A stretch of DNA of 54,867 bases from Macrostomum lignano (GCA_002269645.1 NIVC01000410.1:1-54867); one strand, 5' to 3'. Shown: positions 13,901 to 26,129, counted from the first letter of the stretch. Notes: generated by a model not told the origin, from the sequence alone. Program-made: numbers and translations.

Positions 13901-14950
13901 CCAGCTGCATCTCGTCGAAGCCGTCGGCCAGTCGACGATGCGTGGCCTCGATGACGGCGCGCAGGCTGGCGTGGCGCTGAAAATCTGACTGGAATCGGCG
14001 CCGCGGCGCGATGTCAGCAGATTCGGTGTTTTCACGCTCAACGCCGGTCGAAGAAGACGCAGACTGGGGCACTGAGCATTGAATGTCGGGCAGATTGAAG
14101 GACTCGTACAACAGCGGCTGATCAATTTCGGCGGGCGTCTCGGGAACGTCTGGAGCATCAGGAAAGAGCAACTATTGGCACCGACAGTTAGATTTATTGA
14201 TAACTACATGTAGGTCACACTACCGAGATTTATCCTCCCCAACTTGTGAAGTTGGTGACAGCGCCAAAAGAGTGTAATATGGGGCGCCAATTTCAGTTTG
14301 CAAAGTGGCGCCAAAAGCAGAGTGTAATATGGGGCGCCAATTTCAGTTTGCAAAGTGGCGCCAAAAGCAGAATGTAATATGGAGCGCCAATTTCAGTTTG
14401 TAAAGTGGCGCCAAAAGCAGAATGTAATATGGGGCGCCAATTTCAGTTTGCAAAGTGGAGCCAAAAGCAGAATGTACACATGTAATATGGGGCGCCAATT
14501 TCAGTTTGCAAAGTGGCGCCAAAAACAGAGTGTAATATGAGGCGCCAAAAACAGAGTGTAATATGGGGCGCCAATTTCAGTTTGTAAAGTGGCGCCAAAA
14601 GCAGAATGTAATATGGGGCGCCAATTTCAGTTTGTAAAGTGGCGCCAAAAGCAGAATGTAATATGGGGCGCCAATTTCAGTTTGTAAAGTGGCGCCAAAA
14701 ACAGAGTGTAATATGGGGCGCCAATTTCAGTTTGCAAAGTGGCGCCAAAAGCAGAATGTAATATGGGGCGCCGATTTCAGTTTGCAAAGTGGCGCCAAAA
14801 CAGAGTGTAACTTTTCGCGCCAATTTTTTTGGAATAAACTTGAGCTAACAACTGCACTGTTGCGCTAGATTGGTTTTAATATTTATTCTAGAAAGCCAAA
14901 GCAGCATTGATAAAAGAATAATTACCTTCTCCTTCTGCAGATTCGGCCAT
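7964..14950 (-). CDS. DSTYK/RIPK5-like protein: dynamin/mitofusin-type P-loop GTPase, helical region, degenerate kinase domain (~1093 aa)
   Basis: Exons 14950-14926, 14149-13332, 13076-12450, 12105-11665, 11248-10544 and 8629-7964, all GT-AG and in phase with no frameshift. G1 GGPTSGKS, G4 VIYIVNKVD and an RSVFPIS motif are present. The C-terminal part aligns by eye to the DSTYK kinase domain (LGEVLYDGRLG...AATVLRPD...CSLADAL). The 3' end of the last exon is less certain. Confidence 0.75.
8712..8935 (-). mobile_element. Old, diverged SINE family A fragment
   Basis: Partial matches: TCTCACAACC..GACTCCTGAGCA..GTGTACAGCGGTCC..ATCGTCAGGAATGTACAC..GGGGGTT. Confidence 0.6.
9053..10371 (+). mobile_element. 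Full-length mariner (Tc1/mariner, DD34D) DNA transposon in intron 5 of the DSTYK-like gene
   Basis: Perfect 26-bp TIRs CGAGGGGTGATCAAAAAGTTCTGCAA (9053-9078 and 10346-10371), TA target duplication (9051-52, 10372-73), 1319 bp long. Confidence 0.97.
9236..10298 (+). pseudogene. Mariner transposase with a +1 frameshift near the N-terminus
   Basis: ATG at 9236 gives METSKDSVRFYIF...EIHTMF. One extra T in the run at 9320-9323 separates it from the 9324-10298 ORF. Motifs RSGRP, WVPHLL, TGD(K), HHDNA and YSLDLAPSD are present, with 34 residues between the second and third Asp. Confidence 0.9.
14259..14812. repeat. 50-bp tandem repeat, ~11 copies (intron 1 of the DSTYK-like gene)
   Basis: GTAATATGGGGCGCCAATTTCAGTTTGCAAAGTGGCGCCAAAAGCAGAGT. 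Confidence 0.95.
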
Positions 14951-15606
14951 TTTTAATTTTGTTTTTTTAGAAAAGTAGTTTTTTTGCAGCTGTCAACCGG
15001 GTATGCGAGTACTTGTTTCCAATTTTCATCCGCCGCTTCTGAAGCAAAGCTCTAACGGGGATTCAGAGAATTATATATATGGTATGTGCGCTTGCTAATG
15101 GTTTTTAGCAAGCTGATTCACTGACAGATAATCTTGTTTAGTGTCGTTCTTTTATAATATCTTGGCAAAATTTGCTGCAGCCTTTGCGTGTTGGTTTTTA
15201 CCTGGGTTAAGCATATTTCTCTCTTACCTGCTTGCTAACTAGGAGAAATGTGCATTGTGATTATAGAGTAGCTGGTGCATCAACTATCTAGCTATCTGCC
15301 TGTCTGCGTGCGTGTTATGCGCAGGCGCATGCGTACTGTACTCTCACAGAAATAGTTTATTTATCTTTCTAGTACTAACTATAATGCCATCTTGCTTTAT
15401 GCCTATAGGAGCTTTACCCAGCCTGCAGTCTCGCTCGCCTAAGTAACTTTAAACATCTCGTATTAACTTAATTTTCTTCTGACACTACTTAGCTTAGGCG
15501 CATTCTGGGTTTTTTATTGTTGTGTTTTATCGCTGAATTTTTCGTTAAGAAAAAACTTTTTTTCAACTACTCGTGACAGAATAGAGTTTGAAGCGTGAGG
15601 GGCGGG

Positions 15607-15965
15607 TTCAGGGGAGGGTGCAGAAGAAGGTGCAAGGGAGGGTGCAGAGGAGGTTGAAGCAGAGGGTGCAAGAGGGGATGCAGGAGAGGGCGTAGGGGAG
15701 GGTGCAGAGAAGGTTGAAGCAAAGGGTGCAGGAGAGGGTGCAGGGGAGGGTGCAAAGGAGATTGAAGCAGAAGGTGCAGGAGAGGGTGCAGGAGAGGGCG
15801 TAGGGGAGGCTGCAGAGAAGGTTGAAGCAAAGGGTGCAGGAGAAGGGGCAGGGTAGGGTGCAAAGGAGGTTGAAGCAGAGGGTGCAGGAGAGGGTGCAGG
15901 AGAGGGCGTAGGGGAGGGTGCAGAGAAGGTTGAAGCAAAGGGCGCAGGGGAGGGTGCAGGGATAG
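15607..15965. repeat. ~60-bp purine-rich minisatellite built from 12-mers (AGAGGGTGCAGG)
   Basis: Direct inspection; gives the periodic HPLL ORF. Confidence 0.9.
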
Positions 15966-17694
15966 GAGAAGGTAAAGAGTGGAGAGTGAAGAAGATCAGG
16001 ATTTCGCACTGATGTGCTGGTACATATTCTTCCCTGATCTACTCTATGCATTACTGTCAGTAGCTATGTTAGCAGCTTCTACATATTTATTTATTGTCTT
16101 TGTCACCTTTTGGATACTGATTTTAAAGTCTCCTACATTTCTTTACTACTCGTAGTTTTAGAGGAAATTTACAACCTCTTTATATCTATCATACCATACG
16201 AGTACACGTAGATTTCGCATGATATATGGTATTTTTTCTTTGCTTGTCTGCCTGTCTGTGTGTGTGTCAGCGGACTGTCCAGACCCTTCCTACAAGAATA
16301 TATAAGTACATTAACTTGATAAACATGCTGCAAAGCTTTTAATCGTGTAGGATTCGAGATTTCAGCGTACCTTCAAGTTTAGTTGTCCATGCATATCGTC
16401 ACAATTATTTTAATTGGCTATTGAATTAGAATAGAATAACAAAACCGACAGTTGCAATTTTATAAATCTATATTGCAACGTGCAAGCGAAAACGAAGGCT
16501 TTAAATGTCTTGCCAGCAAATTAAACTCGGATTGCGCAACAAAAATGAAATATATCTATAGCTGTGTATTCACTGTATTCGTTTGCGAATCTACGAGTGT
16601 AAGTCTCTTTTAAGTCGGAGTTCAAGTTTAAGAATTCTACACGTCAAAATCTCTGCATTATTTTGGGAATTGGCGCTGTTAGCACTCTTTTTGGGATTCA
16701 TTTGGCGCCTGCCAGCCTGAGGGAGGACATGTCCCCCTGTCCCCCTCGTGGCGACGTCCCTGAACTGAAGTAGTTCAGTGATTAACAGTCACGATTTATT
16801 CGTCATATAGTTTACACTGGTCATATAGAGAACATTAACAAAGCTTATTGGGCTTATTAACATTTCATATAGTGTAGGTTTGTTAGTCATACAGAAGATT
16901 AACTTAATTTAGCCTAGGAATAAATCGTTAGGTCAAGGATAGGAGCCATTTGTCATGGCGTGGATGTTAAAATTGTAAAATAAATGTGGGATTGGTATGA
17001 AAGTGTTTTATTGGTCATATAATATTTTCGTTGCTCACTGCACAATGGATTCATTGGTCATAGAGATGATTACTGAGAGTAGGATTAGCTCATTGCTCAA
17101 AGAGTTAGGAATTACTGAATTCAGTTGATAATTTTGCAAATAATTCACTGGTTATATAATGATGGGCAACAGATCAAAGTGTAAATGAGCACAGGTAAGG
17201 AAAGTGTATCATCGCGATCTTAAATTATGGCTGCAATTGCACTACAATGGAACATCGAATATCGAAACTTCAAAGGAGTTTCGACCGCTGCAACTGAGTG
17301 ACCCGATAATTTCAGGCGTCGGCGGAAATCAAAAAGAAAAAAAAATAAAAAGAACGCGAATTTAAAAAAATGATCACGACGCTGTCACTTCAGGTGAATT
17401 CTTTATGGTCACTGTCGCGAGGAGGGGTTCGCGGGTTATATTGCTAATTAACTATGTCTAAATTTAGATACTACAGGGGCAGTGGTAGAGAGAAAGGAAA
17501 GTTTGACGCAGAGGTGAAGAGTTGAGAAACTCAACCCCCCCCATATTCCTTATTAGCCAATCAGCGCGCGAGCGGGGCAGAGTGCTCTGGAAGTTAAATA
17601 AGAGAGCGTGAGGTCGTATCCAGCACGCAATCACAAGTAAGTTTCGTGGAGTGTCAAAGAGCCTCAACAAAAGAAATAGAACTTTCGATCTGTC

Positions 17695-18320
17695 ATGTCT
17701 GAGCAGCTTGGTCAGCCTACTATGACGGACAGTCCAAGCAGAGAAGCGGGCAGTTCATCGCAGAGGATCACTGTGGCGTACACCAACCAGCCCTGTCGGA
17801 GAAAACTGCAATTCATCAACGGCAAGTTCGCCGTGCAGAAGCCGCAGACCAGCACCGTGCAGAAGCGCAACGAACGGGAACGGAACCGGGTGAAGCTCAT
17901 CAACCGAACTTTTGCAACGCTGCGCGACCGACTGCCGAAACGATACAACGGCAAGAAGGCTAGAAAGTTGAGCAAAGTTGAAGTGCTCAAAACTGCTTCT
18001 ACTTACATAGCCTATCTTGTTAAGCTTCTGGAATCCGATAGTGCTGCTGAGGTTGGCGAGTTCAGCTTTGATCAAGTTCAACAGCGGGCTCAACCATCAA
18101 ACATGACGGCTGCTCGACCAGTTGTCGAGTCTTCATCTGGGATGTGCGACCTCTCCGATCTGCTTTTAAGCGACGAAGACGACGGGACAGCTGCTGGTGC
18201 AACAGCAGCAGCAACAGCAGCAGCTTCATTGTCCGTCGATAATATTGACGATTCTGCTCTGCTTCAGTTTTCAACCGAAGGGATTGATATCTCAAGTGTC
18301 AGCTGTTCACCTAACGAAGT

Positions 18321-18359
<39 letters not shown>

Positions 18360-18585
18360 CGATCCGCAACATCAGATTCATTTCTCAAGTGCCTACACTA
18401 CCGACTGCTTCAATATGTCCACTCCGATAAAGCCAGTGACTCAATGCCAGCAAGAGCTGCCTACCACCGCGGCCGGTCCGTCGTATTACCTGGTTGCTCC
18501 GGAGTTCGTCACGACTGGTGGTCAGTTCACCTGCGGCGGTGCATCGCAGGTGCATCTGCTTTCAATTAGCGGTGAGCTATATTGA
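17695..18585 (+). CDS. ascl: Achaete-scute family proneural bHLH transcription factor (intronless, 296 aa)
   Basis: KRNERERNRVKLINRTFATLRDRLP...KLSKVEVLKTASTYIAYL matches the ASCL bHLH domain. A (CAG)12 polyQ tract lies at 18322-18357. Confidence 0.93.
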
Positions 18586-18635
18586 TTTAATCTTAGATTA
18601 TTGCATGCAGTGACAGCTGGAATTCTAACTGGAGT

Positions 18636-19002
18636 GATTTTTTCAATAGAGGCAGGGGCTGTGTGTATCATGATGCTCTTTAAGCGACATTGTCACACAA
18701 CCGGCGAGAGGCATTACTGCCTATCCGCCGACTCCCCTGAGCAGGCACACAAGCGCGTGAATACGTACGCAGTCATACGCACTGGCACACACTCACACAC
18801 AAGTGTACAGCGGCCCTAACTTTATTTATCGTCAGGCATGTACACTTCACTGTGCCTTGGGGGTTGGTCCTCAAGCTGGGCGTTAATTGCACGAGCAGAG
18901 CCAAGCCGAGATACCAATTTAAGCCCCAAATTATGCGACTGCACTTGGAATCGAGCCTGGGCCGCTGGCACATGAGAGTGCCGCGCCAGACCACTGGGCT
19001 AC
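18636..19002 (-). mobile_element. SINE family A, near full length, just 3' of the achaete-scute stop
   Basis: The reverse complement matches the head (GTAGCCCAGTGG...GGCTCGATTCCAAGTGCAGTC), body and tail of the 24754 copy. Confidence 0.85.
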
Positions 19003-19014
19003 AAATTTGTAACT

Positions 19015-19112
19015 AGTGAATCAATGATTCAATGAATCACTGAATCAGTGAGTCAGTGAGTCAGTGAGTCAGTGAGTCAGTGAGTCAGTGAGTCAGCGAA
19101 TCAGTGAGTGAC
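19015..19112. repeat. 8-bp (TGAGTCAG)n array
   Basis: Six perfect TGAGTCA at 19049-19095. Confidence 0.9.
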
Positions 19113-19844
19113 CTTTTTAGTGATTTAGGGAATCAATGATTCGTTGAGTATGTGTCTTAGCTAATCGGTGAATCTAAATGACATGACTTATTTTGCGAAT
19201 AAAAGATGACAAAAAACGATCACATTCTTTCTCATCAACTTTCACCTTCCAGATCCATTGGGAAACACTGCAGGATACCTTCAGTATCTCTAGCCAGTGC
19301 GATTGCTGCAAAGACCTGCTGTGATCGAGTCCTTAAGGGCTGAGAGACATAATGGTTGCCAAGTTTTAATTATGTCACACGTATTTAAGCTTTTAATTCC
19401 ATACAGCTAATTATAACAATTGTATCCGTCAATTGTTTCCTTTTTTGTTTTAATTTTCCCCGGAAAAGAATAAATTTATCTGTTATTTAACAATATCGCC
19501 ATGACTTGCTGTTCTCAGCAATTGCGTTTATAGTTTTGTACTATATTCATACTACATTTAAGTTGTTATTGGCTGCAAAGGGATTTTTAATACATTTCCT
19601 TTGTTATTTAATAATTTCATGTAGTAGTTTGTGATAGATTAACCGGTTTCGCGTTCACAATGCCTACATGATTAACACTTTTGTTTGTTTTAACATCCCG
19701 TAGTTTATTGTCCTTCTGTTATTTAACAAATGGCATTGCATTCGACTGCTAAATTAAATAAACAAATTTCAGAAATTGTGATCTGTGTGTAAATTATTAA
19801 AATTTGTAGCGACTTTTACGTACTTCTTTTCAGTCTGCTAAAAT

Positions 19845-20381
<537 letters not shown>

Positions 20382-21111
20382 TCTACGTTTCAATTCATTC
20401 TTATTTGGCGTCAAAACTTAGAGTGATATAAAATATGAATCGATATTTTCTATATAATAGCTCATGCTGCAAGCATCCTGGATCTCAGCTCCTTGTTTAG
20501 CCTAACTGATAAAATAAATAATTGAGATTTGATTATAATGCGAATTTAAAGTCAGTTCACACATCTTTATCCTTATCATAAAAATTTAGATTTGGCTTCA
20601 ATTGTTTCCAAGATTAGTAAATATTTGTCACAGTTTGCAATATTCACAGTTTTCAATTCACCTCTACGGAAGGGGAAGGTAAATACAGAAGAAGAAGCCA
20701 GAAAAGCCAGCTGAAGCTGTTACGCAATTATTTCCAAGTCGTTATCGAGGTTTGAAAAGCGCAAACGCGCCCCACTCACAGCTTCTAGACAAATTTGGCA
20801 GGTACAGTCTTAGGGCAAAAGTTTGCGTCACCGCATTGGATACAGACGTCTTCTAATAAGTTTCTGCTGGGCGAGGATTCAGCTTAATTAGCACCTAGGT
20901 ATTACGAGGTGTTCAATAAAACAAATACCCGAAACTTCACTTTGAAATTGCTAATAATTATATATAGCCTAAATATAACGTATTAGCAGATTGGTGCTGA
21001 AACAGATCGACAGATATGCCACGTGCAAGTTTTGTTTTACTTGGCAAAGGCTACAGCCAGATTCAAACGCAGGTAGGTGAATGCGCGAAAAATGACAAAA
21101 TTTCAGTGGAG

Positions 21112-21410
21112 CAGGGCGCCAGCACCAAAGGGGCGCCAGCACCAAAGGGGCACCAGCACCAAAGGGGCGCCAGCACCAAAGCGGCGCCAGCACCAAAGCG
21201 GCGCCAGCACCAAAGGGGCGCCAGCACCAAAGGAGCACCAATTAAAACACTAGCACCTATTAAAGGCGCCATCATGCCACAGCACAAAATAAAAGGCGCC
21301 ATGTCACAGCACCAAATAAAGGGCGCCATGCCACAGCACCAAATAAAGGGCGCCATGCCACAGCACCAAATAAATTAAGGGCGCCATGCAACAGTACCAA
21401 AGGACGCCAA
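21112..21410. repeat. 15-bp (GGGCGCCAGCACCAA) repeat grading into a 27-bp (GGGCGCCATGCCACAGCACCAAATAAA) repeat
   Basis: Direct inspection. Confidence 0.9.
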
Positions 21411-22296
21411 TGAGGCACCTGAAATCCGACGCGCAAAGACCAGAGTATAATATAGTTGTTATTGAGAAACAGATATAATTTATTGGAACATATGGTGCTA
21501 AGCCTCCCGTGCCAGGAAAGATCGCAACTGGTGTTGAAAAGGCTCCAAATCAGCTAGCAAGGAGAATGTCGCCACTGCTCCAATAAACGAGATGCTATAA
21601 TTTTGACAGACAATTATGCTAGGGAGCGGGATCCTGGAAACACCTGCATCTGATCTTCTATCTTGAGGTACATGCATTTAAAAAGTGCTTAAGAAAACTT
21701 TCAAGACCAAAATACATCTATATGTATCTTTTAAAGAGGCTATACAGTATGGACTACGTTATGACTGAAATCTAGCTGTTATCGCCTAACAGGCGTTTGA
21801 AAGTATTGCTTTTTGAGCGCAACTAGTAAAACTTGAATTAATAATTAGTATTAATTATTTACTAAAATATTTAATTTTTCCTCACTACAATCAATTTAAG
21901 GTAACGGTCCTGGGATATTTAGCTATCCCACGCCCTGAGATAGTGGGATAATTTGAGTTTATGGTCTTGGGATAATATGGCTATGTTAAACTGACGCAGA
22001 CGCAGTAAAAAGAATGCACTAGATAATTGGCTATGAAATAAATCAAACTCAAAAGCAACAAAAAAGTTGTCTGTACCGAATATAATGATTCTTAAAAGCC
22101 CGTAGGTAGAGCTGTTCTACTCACTATAGTTGTTTAAATGAACGCTTGCTTTTAACTTGGCATATTTTCATTCACTACGTGCAAATTCAACGTAACCAAA
22201 GTAACTGGATATTAATACGTTTTAAGCCCAATCTACAAATTTAAAAGTTTACTTATATAAAGTTATTTGATAACTGTCTATAATTTCATTTTAAAA

Positions 22297-25200
22297 ATGC
22301 AGGATGTAAAAATCAATAGCTCCAATGATTCACAACAGCGCAATTTTCAATACTTGGCAGGAAAAGCCACATGTCTGACGCAAAATAAAGAATTCAAGGA
22401 TTATCTTATGAAATGGTAAGTTTTTCTGACGGAGATCGAGATCATACTAGATTATAACTGTGTTTAATGTTCTAAGCATCAGGCGCGTGGCCACGATTCG
22501 TGTCAGGAGGGGGACAGAAACATAAATTTATCTCCAATGGAACCGATGCAAGCAAAATATAGGCCTAAAGGCAGTAAAAAAGTTTTCACCCTTCAGGGGA
22601 CATGTCTCCAGTGTGCCCCCCTTGGCTACGCCCCTGCTAAGCATATAGGCTTCTTTTTTAAATTTCAGTGAGCCTAAATTCACTTTTTAGTCTAAACTTA
22701 AGTGAATAATTAGGTAAATTTGGATTGGTTTATGTCATCAAGTCCAATTAAACAATTAAGCCAAAATATTTATATTATGTTTTTCTTATATTTTTGATAT
22801 TAAAATAACTTGGATACATAAAGTATTAACTGTATCGAAGTTTTTATGCTACTACAGTATAGTAATAGCATATTAGTTCCTTTTATCTTATTTAGGATTC
22901 ACTGACCTTTGTATATAAAATAAAAATATTAGGCCTATTTATTGATTTCTAGGCCTATAACTATACATCTATAATAAGCCCAAGAAGGCATTTAAAATTT
23001 ATTCAAATATTTCTGATTGCATTTGTAAATCCTTAGTAAAGTCTATCTAAGAATTCCATATAAACTATAATGATTACTTTTAATTCTCTTATAGTAATAA
23101 AGAAATAGAGTTCTTCTAAATTTTTAATGTTTAATTCCAATTGCACATTTTAAAAACTTCAGGTCCATGAAAGGCCGAATATTCTGCCAGTGCTTCTCCT
23201 TTGACTGCCAGTTCAAGGTCCATTCAGCCCAGGAGTTTATTGAGGACTTTTTTAAAGACAATGTTATTGTGTCTAACCTGCAGACAGTGTCAGATAATAC
23301 TGGAGAGCTTGTTGCACTGTGTGAGTCAGCCATATTTTTGTCTATCTGTTTTAATTTTCTATCAAGCCAGGTATTTAATTTTAAACTATTTCTTTACACC
23401 AAAGATTTGTAAAGTAAAAAAGTATCGACTTTTTGGATTTTTTAGCATTTTCAAAAAAAATTTCTAGAATTTTTTAAAGGATTTTAACATTTATAATTTA
23501 GTATACAGGTGTATATTTAGAAGCCTTTTATAATGTATTATATTTGAGATTCTTATTTATTATTTTTAAGACTCTAGCTGGGATCTTTGCTCTAGTCTAG
23601 GATCTTTAAGATTCTAATATAGAATCCTAAATGAGACTCTAATCTGGGATCTTTGAGATTCTAAAATAGGATTTTCAAATTGCGATTCTAATCTGGGATA
23701 TTTGAGATTCTAATTTAGGATCTTCAAATTGAGATTCTAATCTGTAATATTTGAGATTCTAATCTGGAATCTTTGAGATTCTAATCTGACGATCTTTGAG
23801 ATTCTAATCTGGGATATTTGTGATTCTAATCTGATGATCTTTGAGATTCTAATCTGGGGATCTTTGAGATTCTAATCTGGGATCTTCGAGATTCTAATCT
23901 GACGATCTTTGAGATTCTAATCTGACGATCTTTGAGATTCTAATCTGGGACCCTTGAGATTCTAGACAGTCACAGAGCTTTCAAAAAACCACAAAAAATC
24001 TTGGAAGGCGAAAAAGCGTCGAGCGTGTCCCTGGAGCCGGTGCCCTGCACGCACACCACCATGGACCTGTTTGGCCGACTCGCCGATGAAGTCATTCGCG
24101 ACGACGGCCAAATCAAGCGATGTTTCGACGAATGGATCGACGAAGTGCAGATTTCGGACAACCTGCGACAGGTGGGTTCGCTTATTACTTATATGTTTTC
24201 GATTTTCAAATTAAAAAATATTTTAATTTTCAGTGCACTTTACTACTCGCGTACTTGTCAGTAGTATTGTTAGGACATGTGTATTCAGAGCAGAGCAGAC
24301 CAAAAATGCATAAAATTTATGGAGGTCTCAATTAACGATTTATTCTCCCTGAAGCCAGCGAAAATGAACCGTCATTAAGATTTACCGGTTTAGCTGGCCC
24401 CTTAAACATGCCACTCTACCAAAAATGTACATCTGCCCGACTTTCTCATCCGATTGACCCTTGTTTTTTATTATTAAAGGCAGGAGGCTGTGCGACATTG
24501 TCACACACAACCGGCTTGCGGATACATACGCAGTCATACGCACAGGCACACACTCACACAGAAGTGTACAGCGGCCCTAACTTTATTTTATCGTTAGGCA
24601 TGTACACTTCACTGTGCCTTGGGGGTTGGCCTTCAAGGCCGTTAATTTCACGAGCAGAGCCAAGCCGAGATTGACTCTCGTTGGCTGGTTGGGTGAAGAA
24701 TTCCGCGAAGCACATTAAAGTATTTTTAGACGCATTTCTATCGATCAAGTGTAGGGGGGCCGTAGCCCAGCGGTAGCGCAGCTGCTCTGGTGTGCCAGCG
24801 ACCCAGGCTCGATTCCAAGTGCAGTCACATTAATTTGGGGCTGAATTGGAATCTCGGCTTGGCTCTGCTCGTGCAATTAACGGCCTTGAGAGCCAACCCC
24901 CCAAGGCGCAGTGAAGTGTACATGCCTAACGATAATATAAAGTTAGGGCCGCTGTACACTCCTGCGTGAGTGTGTGCCTGCGTACGTATCCGCGCGCTTG
25001 TATGCCTGCTCAGGGGAGTCGGCGGAATGGGCAGTAATGCCTCTCGCCGGTTGTGTGCCAATGTCGCTTAAAGTGCGCCAGGGTGCACACAACCCCCCTG
25101 CCTCTGATAAAAAAAAATCGATCATGTGTGCTTATGGTAAAACTTCGAAAAAAAAATATTTACGGGCATATATCTCTTTAGTAAAATTTGCACAAGGTTT

Positions 25201-26129
25201 TGTATTAAAGTGAACTTTAATTTAAAAAATGACAGCGGCTATTTAAAACAAACCTTGCAGATGCTCCTGAACGAGGACAGCGAAGCGTATCTGCTGTACG
25301 ACGAACCGGAGCGCAACGAGTTTCTCTTCCGTCTGTTGCTGCATTTTGCCATCGGTGGTCGGCTGTGCCAATTTGAAGATTCAATTCATCCTTATCTGGA
25401 TATTGTCAAGGCTCTGTACAAGGACCTGATTACGTGAGTTTTATTGACTATTTATATTTTGATAAAAATCATAAAACTGACAATGTTCTCTACGTTCTTT
25501 TAAAACGAATTCAGCGTTCAGAAAGACCCTGAAACACGGAAGCTGCAGGTTATTTCTCACGTCTACAAAGTGGTTGCTAAGGTAAGCGAATGTCGCTGCT
25601 TCTCTGAAGAGTTTGCAAGTTTTCTCAATTGCCTATCTTAATTAGAAAGAGGGTTGATTTGGTGGATTTCTCAGAGACACCTAAGACACTTAGGGGAAAT
25701 CAAGCTTTAAGCAAGCTTTTTTTACCTTAAGCCAGGGTCAGATAGCGAACCCCAGCGCTAGACTGTGGGCCAGAGAAGGGGAAAGAAGGAGAATGAAGAA
25801 GAGAGGAGAGAAACGAGACACCGACCTCTAGCAGACCGGATTGCTATTGTGAAGTTTCAACACACCCTGACGTAACGCCTTCGACGAAATGGTCTCACAA
25901 CCAACGGCGCCAATACTGTACGCAGACACACTCTTTCTACGCTCGTAGTGGTCAGGATTCACACACCCAATACACTCCTGTCCCCACCCGGCAGGACGAT
26001 AAAGGTCGGGCATTTTACCCCGACAGCGGTCAGCAGCAGCACCTCAACACTTTCGCCTACCTGATCATCGACCCGTTGAAACGCCTGGCATTTGTGCTGC
26101 ACCATCGGTTTGGCAACGGCCAATTTTAA
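22297..26129 (+). CDS. CFAP300: Cilia- and flagella-associated protein 300 (C11orf70; dynein-arm assembly factor)
   Basis: Exons 22297-22415, 23163-23320, 23966 (or 24011)-24171, 25261-25433, 25515-25581 and 25995-26129, in phase. Motifs KWSMKGRI, FFKD, VPCT, ISDNLR, EFLFRL...GGRLCQFED, YKDL, TFAYLIIDP match CFAP300 colinearly. Confidence 0.95.
22480..22636. mobile_element. 157-bp MITE, hAT-type
   Basis: 14-bp imperfect TIRs (CAGGCGCGTGGCCA / TGGCTACGCCCCTG, 12 of 14 match) and a perfect 8-bp TSD CTAAGCAT (22472-22479, 22637-22644). A related right-end fragment lies at ~16703-16763. Confidence 0.75.
23572..23965. repeat. 22-bp repeat GAGATTCTAATCTGGGATCTTT, ~17 copies (CFAP300 intron 2)
   Basis: Direct inspection. 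Confidence 0.92.
24475..24672 (-). mobile_element. SINE family A, 5'-truncated copy with an internal deletion
   Basis: Inverted match to the body of the 24754-25116 copy (GTGTACAGCGGCCCTAACTTT...GCAGAGCCAAGCCGAGAT). Confidence 0.85.
24754..25116 (+). mobile_element. Full-length tRNA-derived SINE (family A)
   Basis: A-box TAGCCCAGCGG (24763), B-box GGCTCGATTCC (24806), A-rich tail, and a near-perfect 13-bp TSD ATCGATCA(A/T)GTGT (24740-24752 and 25117-25129). Confidence 0.85.

Noticed and set aside
25690-25980. Possible retroelement fragment in CFAP300 intron 5
   Set aside because: No recognisable RT or endonuclease motif in any frame.
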